A stretch of 64,000 nt of DNA, taken from the NCBI RefSeq assembly GCF_009914755.1, contig NC_060930.1; one strand, given 5' to 3'. The notes under the pieces were generated by a model that was not told the DNA's origin, made no database searches, and saw only the letters and a list, made by a program, of their open reading frames with translations. Positions 16,854-38,596 of this stretch are shown piece after piece. A program made the position numbers and the translations under genes. This DNA comes from the human T2T-CHM13v2.0 reference genome, Homo sapiens. Position 1 is the stretch's first letter. Each line of letters starts with the position of its first letter.

Positions 16854-17469
16854 TGAGGCAGGATAGGGAGTCAAGGAAGTAACTGTGTCCTTGGGATGCA
16901 GCAACAGTGATAACCATACAGTCAACACAATAAGCTCCAGCATTCACATTGTAGACCAGCTCATTCAAGCAAAGCTATCTCCAGTAGGGAATTTACCCTG
17001 TAGAGAGCATGCGCATTTTGATTTTACCTACCGTCAAACTGACCCTTAGCTCATTACAATAGTAAGAAACACACACCTGGGTGGAGATTTAAGATGCTTA
17101 TGAGACATAAGATGCATGAACAAGCATGTATAGCTACTGCACATGTGCATCCAGAGGACCACCCACCCAGAGGACCACCCAGAACATGCTGACTAGTAAC
17201 ACCTCTTCCCACCTCCTTATGAATAATCATGTAAGACCCCCATAAAGGGAGTTTCTGCAGCAATAATCAATGCTGTCTCATCCTTAGGAGCAGCCCACCC
17301 TGAATCCTCTCTCTCAGGGCATACTATCTATTCTGCACTTAACTTTCAAAATATCATTTTTCCTTTGCAATAAATTGCTCTGTACTGCATCTCCTTTGCT
17401 GTGTGTCCCTTGTTTACATTCTTTTAAATGAAGAAGACAAAGACAGAGGTATCACAGATGTCATCAACA
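16854..17469 (+). mobile_element. 3' LTR of ERV1 provirus
   Basis: Follows the PPT agggaggaat; homologous to the 5' LTR. Confidence 0.88.
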
Positions 17470-17644
17470 GAACCTCTATGTCCTCCTTAGGAAAGTGAAA
17501 TGAGCACCCAATGCCCAGATTTTGGTTATAATACATCAATCTCCAATAGAAGGAACCAGGGCTCCTTAGAAAAATAGCTGATTCTAGGGGTGAAGTAGGA
17601 AAAATACAAGATAAGCCTGGAACATCTTGAAATGCTACAAAAGA

Positions 17645-20070
<2,426 letters not shown>

Positions 20071-20484
20071 GAAATGAAAAGAGCTCTCTTGAAAGGTTGT
20101 TGTGAAGGTCATCTGTGACAGGAACAAAAAGTGCCCAGCAGGGTCTCTGACAGCAAGCTCCTACATTAATCTAATGGCTGGACTTCAATAGCCTTAGCCC
20201 CGTCTCCATAAAACTTTGCTATGAAGGCTACAATGATTCCTGTCAGTCATGCAGTCCTACTAACCTGCTGGGTAGGATACAATATCGAAGGGGCCAGTAT
20301 ACTGCCCTCAGGGGGCTCTGTGGCCTCTTGACCTTGTGGATGATGCTGACCATAATGTTCTGCTTGTCCCTGGCTGAAGACAGGCCCCTCCTGCAGAGGC
20401 CAGGCATGAATGCACATCTGAGTAAGACTCTATTATGACTCAAGAATAACAAACATAAATAAATAAACATGATAACATAACAAA

Positions 20485-20796
20485 CTAGGTTTCATTTTCT
20501 GCTGCTGTAACAGAATACCACAGACTGGGCAATTTATTAAAATATGTATTTCTTACAGTTCTGGAGGCTGGGAAGTCCAAGAGCATGGTATCAGCATCTT
20601 GTGGGGGCCTTCCTGTAGTGTCATCCCATGGTGAAAGAGGTAGGGCAAAGGGGCCAAACATACTTTTTATCAGGAGCCCACTCCCACAATAATGACATTA
20701 ATCTATTCAACCTAATCAACTCTTAAAGGTCTCCCCTCTTAATACTATCAGAATAGCAATTAAATGTCAACATGAGTTTTGGGGGGTCATTCAAAC
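20485..20796 (-). mobile_element. MST/MLT1A-type MaLR LTR, split by MER41
   Basis: GCTGCTGTAACAGAATACCACAGACTGGG ... CATTCAAAC, resuming CTTAGCA at 21354. Confidence 0.75.
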
Positions 20797-21349
20797 TGTC
20801 AGAGGCATGTGAACCAGAGCAACTCCATCTTGAATAGGGGCTGAGTAAAATAAGGCTGAACCCTACTGGGCCACATTCCCAGACGGTTAAGGCATTCTAA
20901 GTCATAGGATGAGACAGAAGGTCAGCACAAGATACAGGTCCTAAAGACCTTGCTGATAAAATGGGTTGCAGTAAAGAAGCTAGCCAAAACCCACCAAAAC
21001 CAAGATGGTGATGAGAGTGACCTCTGGTCGTCCTCACTGCTACACTCCCACCAGCACCATGACAGTTTACAAATGCTGTGGCAACGACAGGAAGTTACTC
21101 TATATGGTCTAAAAAGGGAAGGCATAAATAACCCACCCCTTGTTTAGCATATCATCAAGAAATAACCATAAAGATGGGCAACCAGCAGCCCTCAGGGGTG
21201 CTCTGTTGATGGAGTAGCCATTCTTTTGTTCTTTTACTTTTCTAATAAACTTGGTTTACTTTACTCTATGGACTTGCCCTGAATTCTTCCTTGTGCAAGA
21301 TCCAAGAGCCCTCTCTTGGGGTCTGAATCAAGACTCCTTTCCTGTAACA
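20797..21349 (+). mobile_element. Solo MER41 LTR (MER41A-type)
   Basis: TGTCAGAGGC...GCAACTCCATCTTGAATAGG ... TTTCCTGTAACA; TSD AAAC. Confidence 0.88.
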
Positions 21350-21368
21350 AAACCTTAGCATTAGGTAA

Positions 21369-21676
<308 letters not shown>

Positions 21677-21959
21677 TGGTTTATGTATATTTATCTTTAT
21701 TCCTACATTTCCATGATTATGAGATTCACAGTTCATCCAATAGACTTGAACTGACCCAATGCCCAGCACTTTCTTAAGTTCTTACAGATGAACAAAGCTA
21801 ATATTCACAGATTCTATTTATTTATGGCTTAGGACTACCTACTGTAAATTACTGGGGGCCAGTCCATTTTGGAGTTCATAACCTAAAGCAGAAACTCAGG
21901 TGGCTAATATGTTACTTTCATGAAGGATTGTTATGAGTGTATCATTTCAATTGTCTTGC

Positions 21960-23098
<1,139 letters not shown>

Positions 23099-24535
23099 CC
23101 TTGTTTTTAATTTACAAATGTAATTAATTTAGCTTTGTAAACCAAAAAGTGACTGAGGCAGATCTCAATCAATTCGGTGTTCATTTTGCCAAGGTTGAAA
23201 ATATGCTGGGGGAAAAGAAACATAAGCCACAATAGGACCTGTGACCTGTGCTTTTTCCAAGGAGGATTTTGGGACCTTCAATATTTAAAGGAGAAAGGGC
23301 AAGCAGGAGAGGAAAGAAAAAAAAAGGAAGGACAGGTAGGCAATGATGCGAGTGGTTACATACTTGTGAGGCTGTGATTAGTCCTTAGTGAATCTACATT
23401 TTACATGTGAAAAGAAGGGAGGGAGGAAGAAGTCAGTTATGCATTCACATCATGTTCAGTAAATCTATATTTTACATAAGCTAAAGTAAGCATGTAAAAT
23501 TACAGTTATATGTTTGGGAACAAAAGGAAGGCAAATTTTGCATGACTCAGTTTCCAAGCTTAATTTCTTGCATAGCAGTTTGGGGTCCTGAGATTCTATT
23601 TTCTTTTCACATTTCTCCCTTGTTATTCAAAATCTTTCAGAGAAAGCATGGTAGAAGAAAATGGGTGTCTGCTCATGGGTTTAGTCTAACCTCTTCTGCT
23701 AGAATGATTTATTCCTGGAAGATTAGATCCCATGTTGCTAGGAAGGCTTATTCTTAGGGGCTTGTAAAGTCTCTTGTCCCATGGAGAAAAATAGAGGGAG
23801 GAAGAGAGAAAGAAAAAAGGGAAAGAGAGAAAGAAAAAAGGGAAAAAGAGAAACAAAAGGGAGGGACCAAGACCAGATTATAGAAACAAAGGGAATGCAA
23901 TCCTGGAAAAGTAATTTAGGATATGCTACCGAGAAGTCCATACTTCAGTAGGCAGGCACAAAGGTGGGGTGTGTGAGGCTCTGATTAGTGCTCAGTGAAT
24001 CTACATTTTATAGGTGAAAAGAAGGGAGTAGAGAAAAAATCTATTATGCATTTGTCTTGCACTTAGTAAGTCTACATTGTACATAAGAAAAAGTAAGCTT
24101 GTGAAAATACAGTTATCTGCAAATGCTACTATTTCTGCTATTACGCTACAAAGTTTAAATTTTCTAGCTTCAGTTTGCAGGGCTGTAAGAAAAGCACAGT
24201 TTTAATTTCTAGTGATTCCAAGTGAGAAAAATGGGAGAAATTTTTCTTTTGAAAATGTTACTTTGGAGACTTATAGCCAGGGAAGAATTCAGGATCTAGT
24301 CTGAATAAATTGTAGACAAATAGTGAAAACTGAAAAACAATGGACAAGGCTAGAATCTTATAATGAGTATACTATAATTTTCTTTGAAATAATTTTTCTC
24401 TCTCCAGTCCCCTATTTTTACCAAAATCAAAATCATAGTGGGACCAACGTATCTGCAAAATAAGTTTTAGTCTTATTATACTTGGTCTGATTATTTGCAT
24501 AAAGCGCAGCAAGAATAATTATTGGCCAATAGGCT

Positions 24536-24832
<297 letters not shown>

Positions 24833-25251
24833 TAGGCTCTTTTTGAATTGGTTTTGCTAGAGCTTTTCATAAGGAATCTCAGATTAGAGTTTTTCTTGAG
24901 TCCAGCCAAGGATTTATCTGTGCCTGCAGATACTTGTATGAATGAGGTAAATTTCTGTCTTCTCAAGGTCTCAAAATAACGTGTGGTTCTTAGGTCTGTG
25001 AGAAAGTGATATTCTTACTTACTACCTGTCAGGAACCCTGTAAAGGAAATGCGTAGACAAAGTATGAGGTCAGTTTTTCCAAGGGTTTTTTTTTTTTTTA
25101 ATCAGTTCTATAACATCAATCTCAAGTTCTCAAAGCAGTCTGCTTATATCTTAAAATATGGCATTCTAGCCAAAGCCTTGGTAAAATAATCAGTGTCAAA
25201 ATTATGTCCTGTTAAGAAAGAAAACAGATTTTTATTAAACTCATGCAACTA

Positions 25252-26090
<839 letters not shown>

Positions 26091-26324
26091 CCCTCTAACT
26101 AGGCAGAATTACTTTTCCTTTAACAAAAGCCCTATTTCCATGCCTTCTTATGTTTCTACCAAAAACCACATTCTACTTTTCTTTGCATGTTGCTTGTAGA
26201 ATTATTTATCTTATATCTAGTAATTTAAATTACATCTATGAATTGTAATGTTAACTCTTAGTAACTCTTATTTTTAGTGAAAAAACTAGGAGGTACACAA
26301 TTTTAATTAGTACCTCCTGCAGAA

Positions 26325-26562
26325 CGCAATCTCGGCTCACTGCAACCTCCGCCTCCCAGGTTCAAGCGATTCTTCTGCCTCAGTCTCCCAAGTAGCTGGG
26401 ACTACAGGTGTGTGCCACTACGCCCGGCTACTTTTTTTTATTTTTAGCAGAGATGGAGTTTCACCATGTTACCCAGGACGGTCTCAATCTCCTGACCTTG
26501 TGATCCGCCCGCCTTGGCCTCTGAAAGTGCTGGGATTACAGGCGTGAGCCACCGTGCCCGGT
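26325..26562 (-). mobile_element. Partial Alu
   Basis: Lacks the tail end. Confidence 0.85.
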
Positions 26563-27122
26563 CTATCATAGGATCTTATAAGGAGATCAACTGCATTTAG
26601 ATAGGTGCTTTTAATTTGGCCTGTATCTTTTAACTGGACCATTGAACTCAGGGTAGAGCCCACACTGAATTTTCAGTGCCCAGAAAGAGAGTAATGCCAT
26701 GGGGACCTGGCCATACAATATTTTTAGTGTGTTTTGCTACAAAAACTTTCTCTCAAGGCTGGTGGGCAACCCAGTGCCAATCAGCCCACTCTGTGATCAG
26801 CCCATTTCCCAGCCATTGTATACGCCAAAGTCAAGTTTTCTCACAATATAAAGTGATTTCTGATCCCATTCAAAGCCAAAATCAGGTCATGCAAGGCAAA
26901 GGAACAGAGTTTTTGACCTGAGAGGATTTTGTCCTCTCTTGGATTCCCTCTTGGGATTCCCTGAGGAAAAAACAGCAGTTTCTCACAAAAATGCGTCTGT
27001 GGTGCCTTTTGCATTTTTCTTAAGGGATCCCAGGCTATTAGAATTTTATTTAATTTAATTTTTTTCTTATGTGGCACCAAGGTTGGCAAGAGGAAGGAGG
27101 GGCTGATAGAAATAAATAGGGG

Positions 27123-27487
<365 letters not shown>

Positions 27488-27800
27488 TTAGTTGACTGAG
27501 AAATGTTTACCCAGGGAGAAAAGAGACCTTAAAGCAATATGTACACACTGAAGTCTAAAATATCAGTTTTAATTAAGTCAAATTTTGACTATAGAGCTCT
27601 AAAAAAATCCTTTGACATCTCTTATTACCAGATTTTAGCCAGGAGGAACAGTTGATATTCCTGGCTTTTCACCTTCTTTACCAAAAGGTATCCTCCCAAG
27701 TGCCTTAACCAAAGTTATGACTATTAGGCCACAAGGTGGGTGGCCCTTAGTTGTTCCCTGATGAGGTGGCAAACCTGAGCCATGGCAGAAGTGTTTAATG

Positions 27801-28084
<284 letters not shown>

Positions 28085-28604
28085 GAGAAGTGTTTAATTT
28101 TAACTACCAGAAGTGTTTGAAGTGATTTTTTTGCTCTTAATTTAGTCAAGGGAATTTTTGAAGACTAGCCATGACACTACTATGTGTCCTTTTAAGACTT
28201 GATGTTTCCATTAATTGTTTAGAATAAGAAATCTCTGAAATCTTTAATAGCCCACAGAGAGAGGCTGGGAAGGTGTTCCTGTTATATAAATGAAACCTCT
28301 CAGGTAGTCAAATTTTATCTTTTTTTAACCAGCTGGGGGTTTTACAGGTGCAACCTGACTTTCTGCAGCTGTGGGCTTTCCAGTATAGCTCCTGGGCCAG
28401 GGATCTCTATCTGCTCCCCAGAGGCTTGTACCTAAGATACAGGGCTCCCTGGGCTTCTCAGTACAGGTGGACTTAAACTAATGGGCTAGAAACAGAGAAA
28501 GGGAGGTAGAATTTCCCACTTACAGCCAGACCCTGCAGCACAGCTTTCCAGAGCCTCAGCCCCCCTGCCCTGGCTGATGCTCCCTCCCTGACTCCCCTCA
28601 CCAG

Positions 28605-28790
28605 GGCCCTGGCCCCACCACACAGCTGAGCTGGCCCAAGCCAAAGAGTTGCTGGAGCAGCAGCTGGAGTGGATCAGGCTCTGCTGGAGGGGGTGGGGGG
28701 CCCAGGCCCTGATGGTCAAGATCCAGAACCTGAAGAAACAGATAAGGAAGGAGGCACCAAGAGAGCCTGGGAGGAGACACCCAAGCTTCC
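28605..28790 (+). pseudogene. MCCD1-like unprocessed pseudogene fragment (exon 2)
   Basis: Acceptor ctcaccag|GGC. Reads GPG.HTAELAQAKELLEQQLE/QALLEG/AQALMVKIQNLKKQIR/RHQESLGG with frameshifts. Compare MCCD1 GPGTHRTAELARAEELLEQQLELYQALLEGQEGAWEAQALVLKIQKLKEQMRRHQESLGG. Confidence 0.85.
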
Positions 28791-28925
28791 CACCAGTGCC
28801 TGTGGCACCCCTCAGCATTGGAAATACTGTGCACCACCCCCAGGAACCCCAGGATCAGAAATATCCCAGCTGCTCCCAGGCCACTGGGAAAATGGAAGAG
28901 ACCACAAAAGGCCAGAAGTTAGCAG

Positions 28926-29360
28926 TGTGATGGTTAATACTGAGTGTCAACTTGGTTGGATTGAAGGACGCAAAATACTGATCCTGGGCATGTCTGTGAG
29001 GGTGTTGCCAAAGGAGATTAACATTTGAGTCAGTGGACTGGGAAAGGCAGACCCACCCTAAATCTGGGTGGGCACCATCTAATCAGCTGCTAGCGTGGCC
29101 AGAATATAAAGCAGGGAGAAAAATGTGAAAAGGCTAGACTGGCCTCCCAGCCTACATCTTTCTCCCATACTGGATGCTTCCTGCCCTCGAACATCGAACT
29201 CCAAGTTCTTCCGCTTTGGGACTCGGACTGGCTTCCTTGCTCCTCAGCTTGCAGGCGACCTATTGTGGGACCATGTGATCATGCGAGTTAATACTACTTA
29301 ATAAATCCCCCTTTATATATATATTTATTCTGTTAGTTCTAGAGAACCCTGACTAATACA
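28926..29360 (+). mobile_element. Solo MLT2A (ERVL LTR)
   Basis: TGTGATGGTTAATACTGAGTGTCAAC ... GAGAACCCTGACTAATACA; near-TSD agcag/ggcag. Confidence 0.92.
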
Positions 29361-29492
29361 GGCAGGTAGTGGGGAGCCAGGGCTCTGCAGTCTCAGTCCC
29401 ATGCCTCCTTTGACCTCACAGCAGTGCACCTCAGCCTTACAGGAATTTACCCTGGATCATGTCCTACAATAACCTCTCCCCAAACACAGTAA

Positions 29493-30742
<1,250 letters not shown>

Positions 30743-31050
30743 TGGGGTCATTCTTGGACATGTGCAGAACAGCAAACAATTTTAGTCACCTGATGTGTTT
30801 CCTTGGCTTCCTGTTCAGTTTTCCTTAGGCCTCAGCTGCTGCTATTGCTGCTGGCTGCTCTCCACATTCTCCTAAATTCCAGATGGGTGTGAGGAGGTAA
30901 GGGCGGGAAGAAATAGTGGATTGTGGATTGAGGTGCGATTTCCCACCACTGGAGGGGACAGATTCATAAGCTGGCATTGAAGAGGTTCCTGCCCTTTGCA
31001 CAGTGTGTTTGGTCACCCCAGTGCTCAGGCTGAACCCTGAGAAGAAAGAG

Positions 31051-31137
31051 GAACTTGACTGTCTGAAGGCTCTTGGGTGGTGTTTAAGACCCCTGGCCAC
31101 TGTGTCCTGGCTGAATGCATACATGCAGATGGAATCT
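31051..31137 (+). pseudogene. Cyclin E1 (CCNE1)-like pseudogene fragment
   Basis: [26 protein letters not shown] versus CCNE1 [26 protein letters not shown]. Weaker similarity may extend upstream to about 30977. Confidence 0.75.
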
Positions 31138-31434
31138 CTTTCTTTCTTTTTTTTTTTGAGACGGAGTCTCGCTCTGTCTCCAAGGCTGGAGTGCAGTGGC
31201 GCAATCTTGGCTCACTGCAAGCTCCGCCTCCTGGGTTCACGCCATTCTCCTGCCTCAGCCTCCTGAGTAGCTGGGACTACAGGCACCCGCCACCACACCC
31301 GGCTAATTTTTTGTATTTTTAGTAGAGACAGGGTTTCACTGTGTTAGAATGGTCTCGATCTCCTGACCTGGCGATCCGCCTGCCTCGGCCTCCCAAAGTG
31401 CTGGGATTACAGGCATGATCCATTGCACCTGGCC
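31138..31434 (-). mobile_element. AluY-like, no recognisable TSD
   Basis: GCAAGCTCCGCCTCC and TTCACGCCATTC AluY diagnostics. Confidence 0.9.
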
Positions 31435-32191
31435 TCGATATAGAAGTTTTTAAGAGCCAGACGCTTGAACTTGTGGGCATCGGTTTGGGGAAAGAGTCAG
31501 TTGGAGTAAAGTTATCTTGAGGCATTAACTTTTTTGCTTCTTAAGGCCATTGGTCTTTTATGCTAGTCTTTCTACAAACATAACATGAGGAAACGCCTAG
31601 GCTGGCAGCAATGTTTTCAGCCAGCTGAACAAATAGGTTTTTGGCTAAAGGAGGAGGCTCTGATAACTTCCGGTTTATATGCTCAAAGAATGACTTAAAG
31701 ACTCAGAATTGCTCCTGGGCTGACTGCTTGGTTCAAGTCTTCTTTATAATATACAAAGTTGTTTTAGCTTTTTGACCGTAGCTTTGTAATGCCATGGAGT
31801 AGCCTATAGTCCATACAGGTAGGTTTGGCCTTAAGATAGTAAGATTTACAGGATTGCAAATGCTTGTCTTACAATCTGGTTTTGCTGGTACTTTGATGAG
31901 CAAGATTGGCTTTGGCCTCAGTGATGATCGGTCAGTGAACTGCATTGTGCAGTTCCAGCAAGCTATTGCTAGGGCCTTGGAGGGACAAACAGGGAGTGTA
32001 CATACAATTTTATACTGGCAGTTTTTATAGTACTTTGTAGGACTAGAGATTGTGAGATAGGTTGGGTTCATGGATGTTAACTGACAAATATCAAAGTATA
32101 TGGATATAGCCCCCACCCTGGGAAGGAGAGGCTTGGGTTTGACTTACAAGACTTCTTTTTTTTTTTTTTACTTGTATGAATCTTAAACTAA

Positions 32192-32584
<393 letters not shown>

Positions 32585-33685
32585 TATAAGTACAAGTTCT
32601 TAAGCGAGTCTTTGTACACTTATAAGTATGGTACAACAGAGTTCTAGTTATACTGTTCTTTGACTAAGTAGTATGTGTACAGTGGGGACACTTTTCTGTC
32701 AGTGTTTCTTCTAGTATGGTTAAGGGGGTAACAACATCAAAACAATGTACAGCATATTTAAATCTAGCAAGGACAAAAGAGGTCTTTATTTGGGGGAGGA
32801 GGTTGAGCACAGTGACAGAACAATAGGAAAACAGTTAGTATTACAGGAAAACTACTAGTCTTAAGATTTCTAACTACATTTACTTGCTTGATGAGTCTTT
32901 AAGCTTCAGCCGTGCATAGACTAGTCAGCTTCCGGTGTGTGACTAGAGCAAGGCTTGTTGTTTCTTCAAACTTCAGCTGTGCGTAGACTGGTCAGCCACC
33001 GGAGTGACCAGAGCAGGGCTGTCGTCTTCAGCAGCAGCTTGGTCTTGTCTCAGGATCAGCCGGGTTGGATGATCTGGGTGTTGCTGGCTGGTTCACTTGT
33101 CCTGAGCTGCCGATTTTAGCCGACTGTGATGGAGTTAAGGCACGATTCTTGCAACTTTAACAGCAGTGGGAGTGGACAAGATTACTCTGTGGGGCTTATC
33201 TTACATGGGTCTTAGAGAAGTTGGGTTCTACTTTTTAACTTAAACAAAGCTACTAGGTTTAAAGGGTTTACTGGGTCTGTTAGACTTCTAGGCATTCTTT
33301 TATGTACTTAACTATGAACACTTTGCATGGCTGTTTCTAAAGCCTGCATTTGATTTCTTAAGGTTAGTTCTTTTAGTTCTTGGAGATCACTTTTAATTTG
33401 ACGGTGGCTGATTGAACAAAATCTTATAGGGTAAATACTTAGTTTGTTTGGTGGGGGTGCGCTTGGCTCAGAGGAGGACTATAGGCAAGACTTGATTCTG
33501 TCTCAGATGAGTTTCTTGGCAATATTTCTTCAGTAGCTGCTTGAGTGTCTGGTTCATGCATTCTACAGTAAAATAATCTTTTTTTCTCTTTTTTTCCTTC
33601 AACTTTGCTCTAGAAAAAAGAAGTGTCCAAGGCCTATTTTTTTAGCCCTAGCTATTCAGACAGTGTTATCTTATAACTGTCCTTG

Positions 33686-34007
<322 letters not shown>

Positions 34008-34269
34008 CTAAGCAGAAAAAAACTTGTTCTTTTCTTTTTCTTTTTAACTTTTGCCTTGCCACATTCTAAGCCTTAGCTTTAACTTTTCTTAAAGTAAGTA
34101 AATGTAATACTTATTATTATTATTATTATTTTTAAATTTCTGCCTCAGAATGAATAAATTACATGTATTTTTTTTTTTGAAGCCATGCCTTTGGATTAGG
34201 GCAGACTCTAGGATATTTAAGTGAATTCCCTGAGGAATGTGGACACTGTAAGCAGGTGAGTGCATTATT

Positions 34270-35084
<815 letters not shown>

Positions 35085-35710
35085 CTAACACATCTATTCA
35101 TGATGTTAATTCAAAAAATTGACTTACTACAATAAAAGGGAAAAATAAGAGTATTCTGGAAACAGAGCAAGAAGGAAGGCAAAGGTGAAAACAATCAATT
35201 TGGGGCATCTGAGAAGCCCCAAGTGCAGAGGCTGCCCTGAGTCTTTAGAGGACAAGAAACAGAACACACGACCCAAAAGTGAGAGACAGAGCCTGGCCGG
35301 AGCAGGATGATAACGGCTCTCCTACAGAGTACTATTCCTGTAAATCTCTGACGAGAGGGGTGAGATCAACATGTAAAAATACACACACACAAAGTGGAGC
35401 TGAGGGCAGGATGGAGAACTGTCATTCTCAGCCCGTGACCTCCATGGACTTGGAGAAAGACTCAGCCTGGAGATGTGTGAGGCCTCCGACCTGGAGCAGC
35501 ACCCGCCCCTAAAGACCAGGCACAAATCCCAGCACACGGAGGGATCCAGACAAATACACAAGAAATGACCACAGCAGGAACTTTATTGAGCACGGAGCAA
35601 GGTTGCACACCACTCAGCACCTGCCCCTCCACCTGCCCTTCTCTCCCCACCTGCCTCTGCCCCAGCACAGCAGGTCCTCAGAATCCAAAAAGAGAACCTA
35701 ACCTGCATGT

Positions 35711-36026
<316 letters not shown>

Positions 36027-36409
36027 CATGTTCTCTTAATAGTTTGTAATATCTTATCACAGCTTCAAAGAAAGGATATGAGAATAATAACTCATAGAGC
36101 AAGATATCTATTTAGAGGGAGTGAGTCACAGGGGAGATCTGGGAGGGAAACACTGCAACTCTTTCATTCCCAGAAAAAGATTGATCCAGGGAAGGGGACA
36201 CCGGGCCTGGATATTGGGATTATGTGGAAGGGGTTCTGGGACATCAGGGGAATGGGCCCCTCTCCCTATATCCTTCCTGGGCTATGCTTGGGAGGAGACA
36301 CAGTTTATCAGCTGTGCAGCTGGGGGAAGAGAAGTCAGGGTCCAGAGACAAGGGGAGCTGAGAACAATCTGTGTCTTGCTGGTCTGCAGAAGGCAGCTCT
36401 CAAACTGTG

Positions 36410-37200
36410 GAGAACAGTTTGGGATGATGAAAATGTTCTAAAATTAGATATGGTGATTTAAAAATCCAAATATGTGAAAAACCATTGAATTGTATACTTT
36501 AAATGGGTGAATGATATGTGAATTATATCTTAAGAAAGTTTAAGGAAAGAAATATAATGATGTGTCATGACAAATCCACTAGAATTTCTAAATTAAAATC
36601 ACTGACTATTCCAAATGTTGGTGCGAATATGGACCATCAAGAGCTGTCACACACTTTGTCTAGCAGTGTGGCATCATCTTTTTGGGTGGGATATCATATA
36701 CATACACCAGTAATTCCACTCTTAGGCATATAATTTTGAAAGATATATGCTCATTGTGCCAACATACATGTGCAAGAAGGCTTACAACAGCATTGTTTAT
36801 AATTTTTAAAACCTGAAAACAAATAAAATGACCACAAACAAAGAAGGATTAATTTAATGTGTGGAATTCTATGAATAATAAACATGAACGCTCTAGAGAC
36901 ACCTATAACAACTTAGCAAACATACATTTGAGCTAAAATAAGGTCTCATAAGAATACACATAGCACGATTCCATTTGTATCAAAAGATTCAAAATCTATA
37001 TGAAGTTTGAGATAACCTATATTGTTTTAGAGATGTATGCATGGGAGTAAAGCTTTAAAGAAAGGCGTGAACAGGATTACTATGAAATCAGGATGAGGGT
37101 GAACTCTCATGACAGCAAAGGGATTGTTATTGCTATCAGGATTGGTATGGAAACTTCTGTGTGTTTTTTTTCCTGACTTTTGTTTCTTTTTCACATGGAT
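36410..37200 (+). mobile_element. Old L1M 3' fragments
   Basis: GATGAAAATGTTCTAAAATTAGAT, CATTGAATTGTATACTTTAAATGGGTGAA, AATTCCACTCTTAGG. Confidence 0.65.
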
Positions 37201-37459
37201 TTTCCCTTTAAAACCATTTGTTAAAATGTAAATATAATTCAGGCACTTCACTTTTGGTTGTAACTTACACTGTAAGACTGCTAAAAAAAAATAATATTAG
37301 CTACTTACGTGTAATTGGAAAAATTAACCTTTATTCACAAAAGAGATGGGCTGCCCCCTACACCACGAATCAGAGAAGAGACCATGAATTGAAATGGGAA
37401 CTTGGAATTGTCATTATTCCGTAATTATACTCAGGATCCTGTCCATGAAACATTGGAAT

Positions 37460-37645
37460 ACCACTGTCCAACCCCCTTCTGCAGTGATGGAGTGTCTATA
37501 TCTGAGCTATTCATTATGGCACAGATACAGACATTCATATTCTGTGAATTCTGAGTACTTGAAATATATGGCTGGTGCAAATAAGAAACTGGCTTTTAAA
37601 ATCCATTTAATTTTAATTAATTAAAGTGTAAATAGTGCCATGTGG
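37460..37645. mobile_element. MER3/MER33-like hAT DNA transposon
   Basis: CTGTCCAA...TTCTGCAGTGATGGA ... ATTTAATTTTAATTAATTAAA...CATGTGG. Confidence 0.6.
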
Positions 37646-38596
37646 ACAAGGCAGAATTACAGTGCCGAGACCAGCTCAGTCAGGGAGACCCTAACCCAGT
37701 GGCGCTAGAGGAATTAAAGACACACACACAGAAATATGGCGTGTGGGGTGGGAAATGAGGAGTCTCACAGCCTTCATTCCAGTAAACAGTCATTGTGACC
37801 AGTTGTCCCGCTTTCCTCAGGTTTTCTTCCACCATCTGTGACAGCTTCTTGATCTGTCCCCAGGTGGGTGGCTGTGTTCAACGGGTGTTGCTCGTGACAG
37901 TTAGGGTCCTCCTCAGCATCAGTCTCGACATGGCTGCAACCAGGGGGTCCTCGGGATCCTCCTGGAATCTCTTCCTTGGCATCTGGCTCATGATAAGGTT
38001 TTAGGTGTCTTGATAGTATCCAAATTGGCTGCTGGTTTTGGCCTGGAGAAACACAAGCATAACCTCTACCCAAGTTATTATTTTACCTATGTCCCAACTT
38101 TTTGTTATTGGATCTCTTCACCAAACCAGTTGTTCTGCTCCTGTCTTTGCAGCTGGTTTCTGTAGATGCTGTTCAGCTGCTGATAACATCTGGCCTTTGG
38201 GCAGCCTCAAAAAATTTAAAGTTAATAATGCTAGATTCAGTTGTGTATGGGCTGTCTCGTAATCCCTGTTTCTCCCCCTTTTTTGTTTTTGTCATCAGTT
38301 GTTCATCTGTATAAATCATAACTGAGCATTTTCAATTAACTGCGTGGAATGAACCATGTATAAAGAATCAGAAATCACATTAACAGGCATATCAAAAGCA
38401 GTCAGCACCTCAATTACAGCTACAAGCTCTGCTTTCTGAGCTGAAGTATAGGTTGCCTGGAAAGCTTTACCTTTTGATCCAGAATAAGAAGCTTTACCAT
38501 TGCTAGACCCATCTGTGAAATAATGAAAATGCTTAGCAGGCTGCAGATTGTTTACCACAGGAATTGTAAATGCAAACCGTTCACTGTCTTGCTTAG

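Noticed and set aside
28940-28970. DUX4-type site in MLT2A
   Set aside because: It reads TGGTTGGATTGA rather than TGATTGGATTGA, so the core is mutated and activity cannot be supported.
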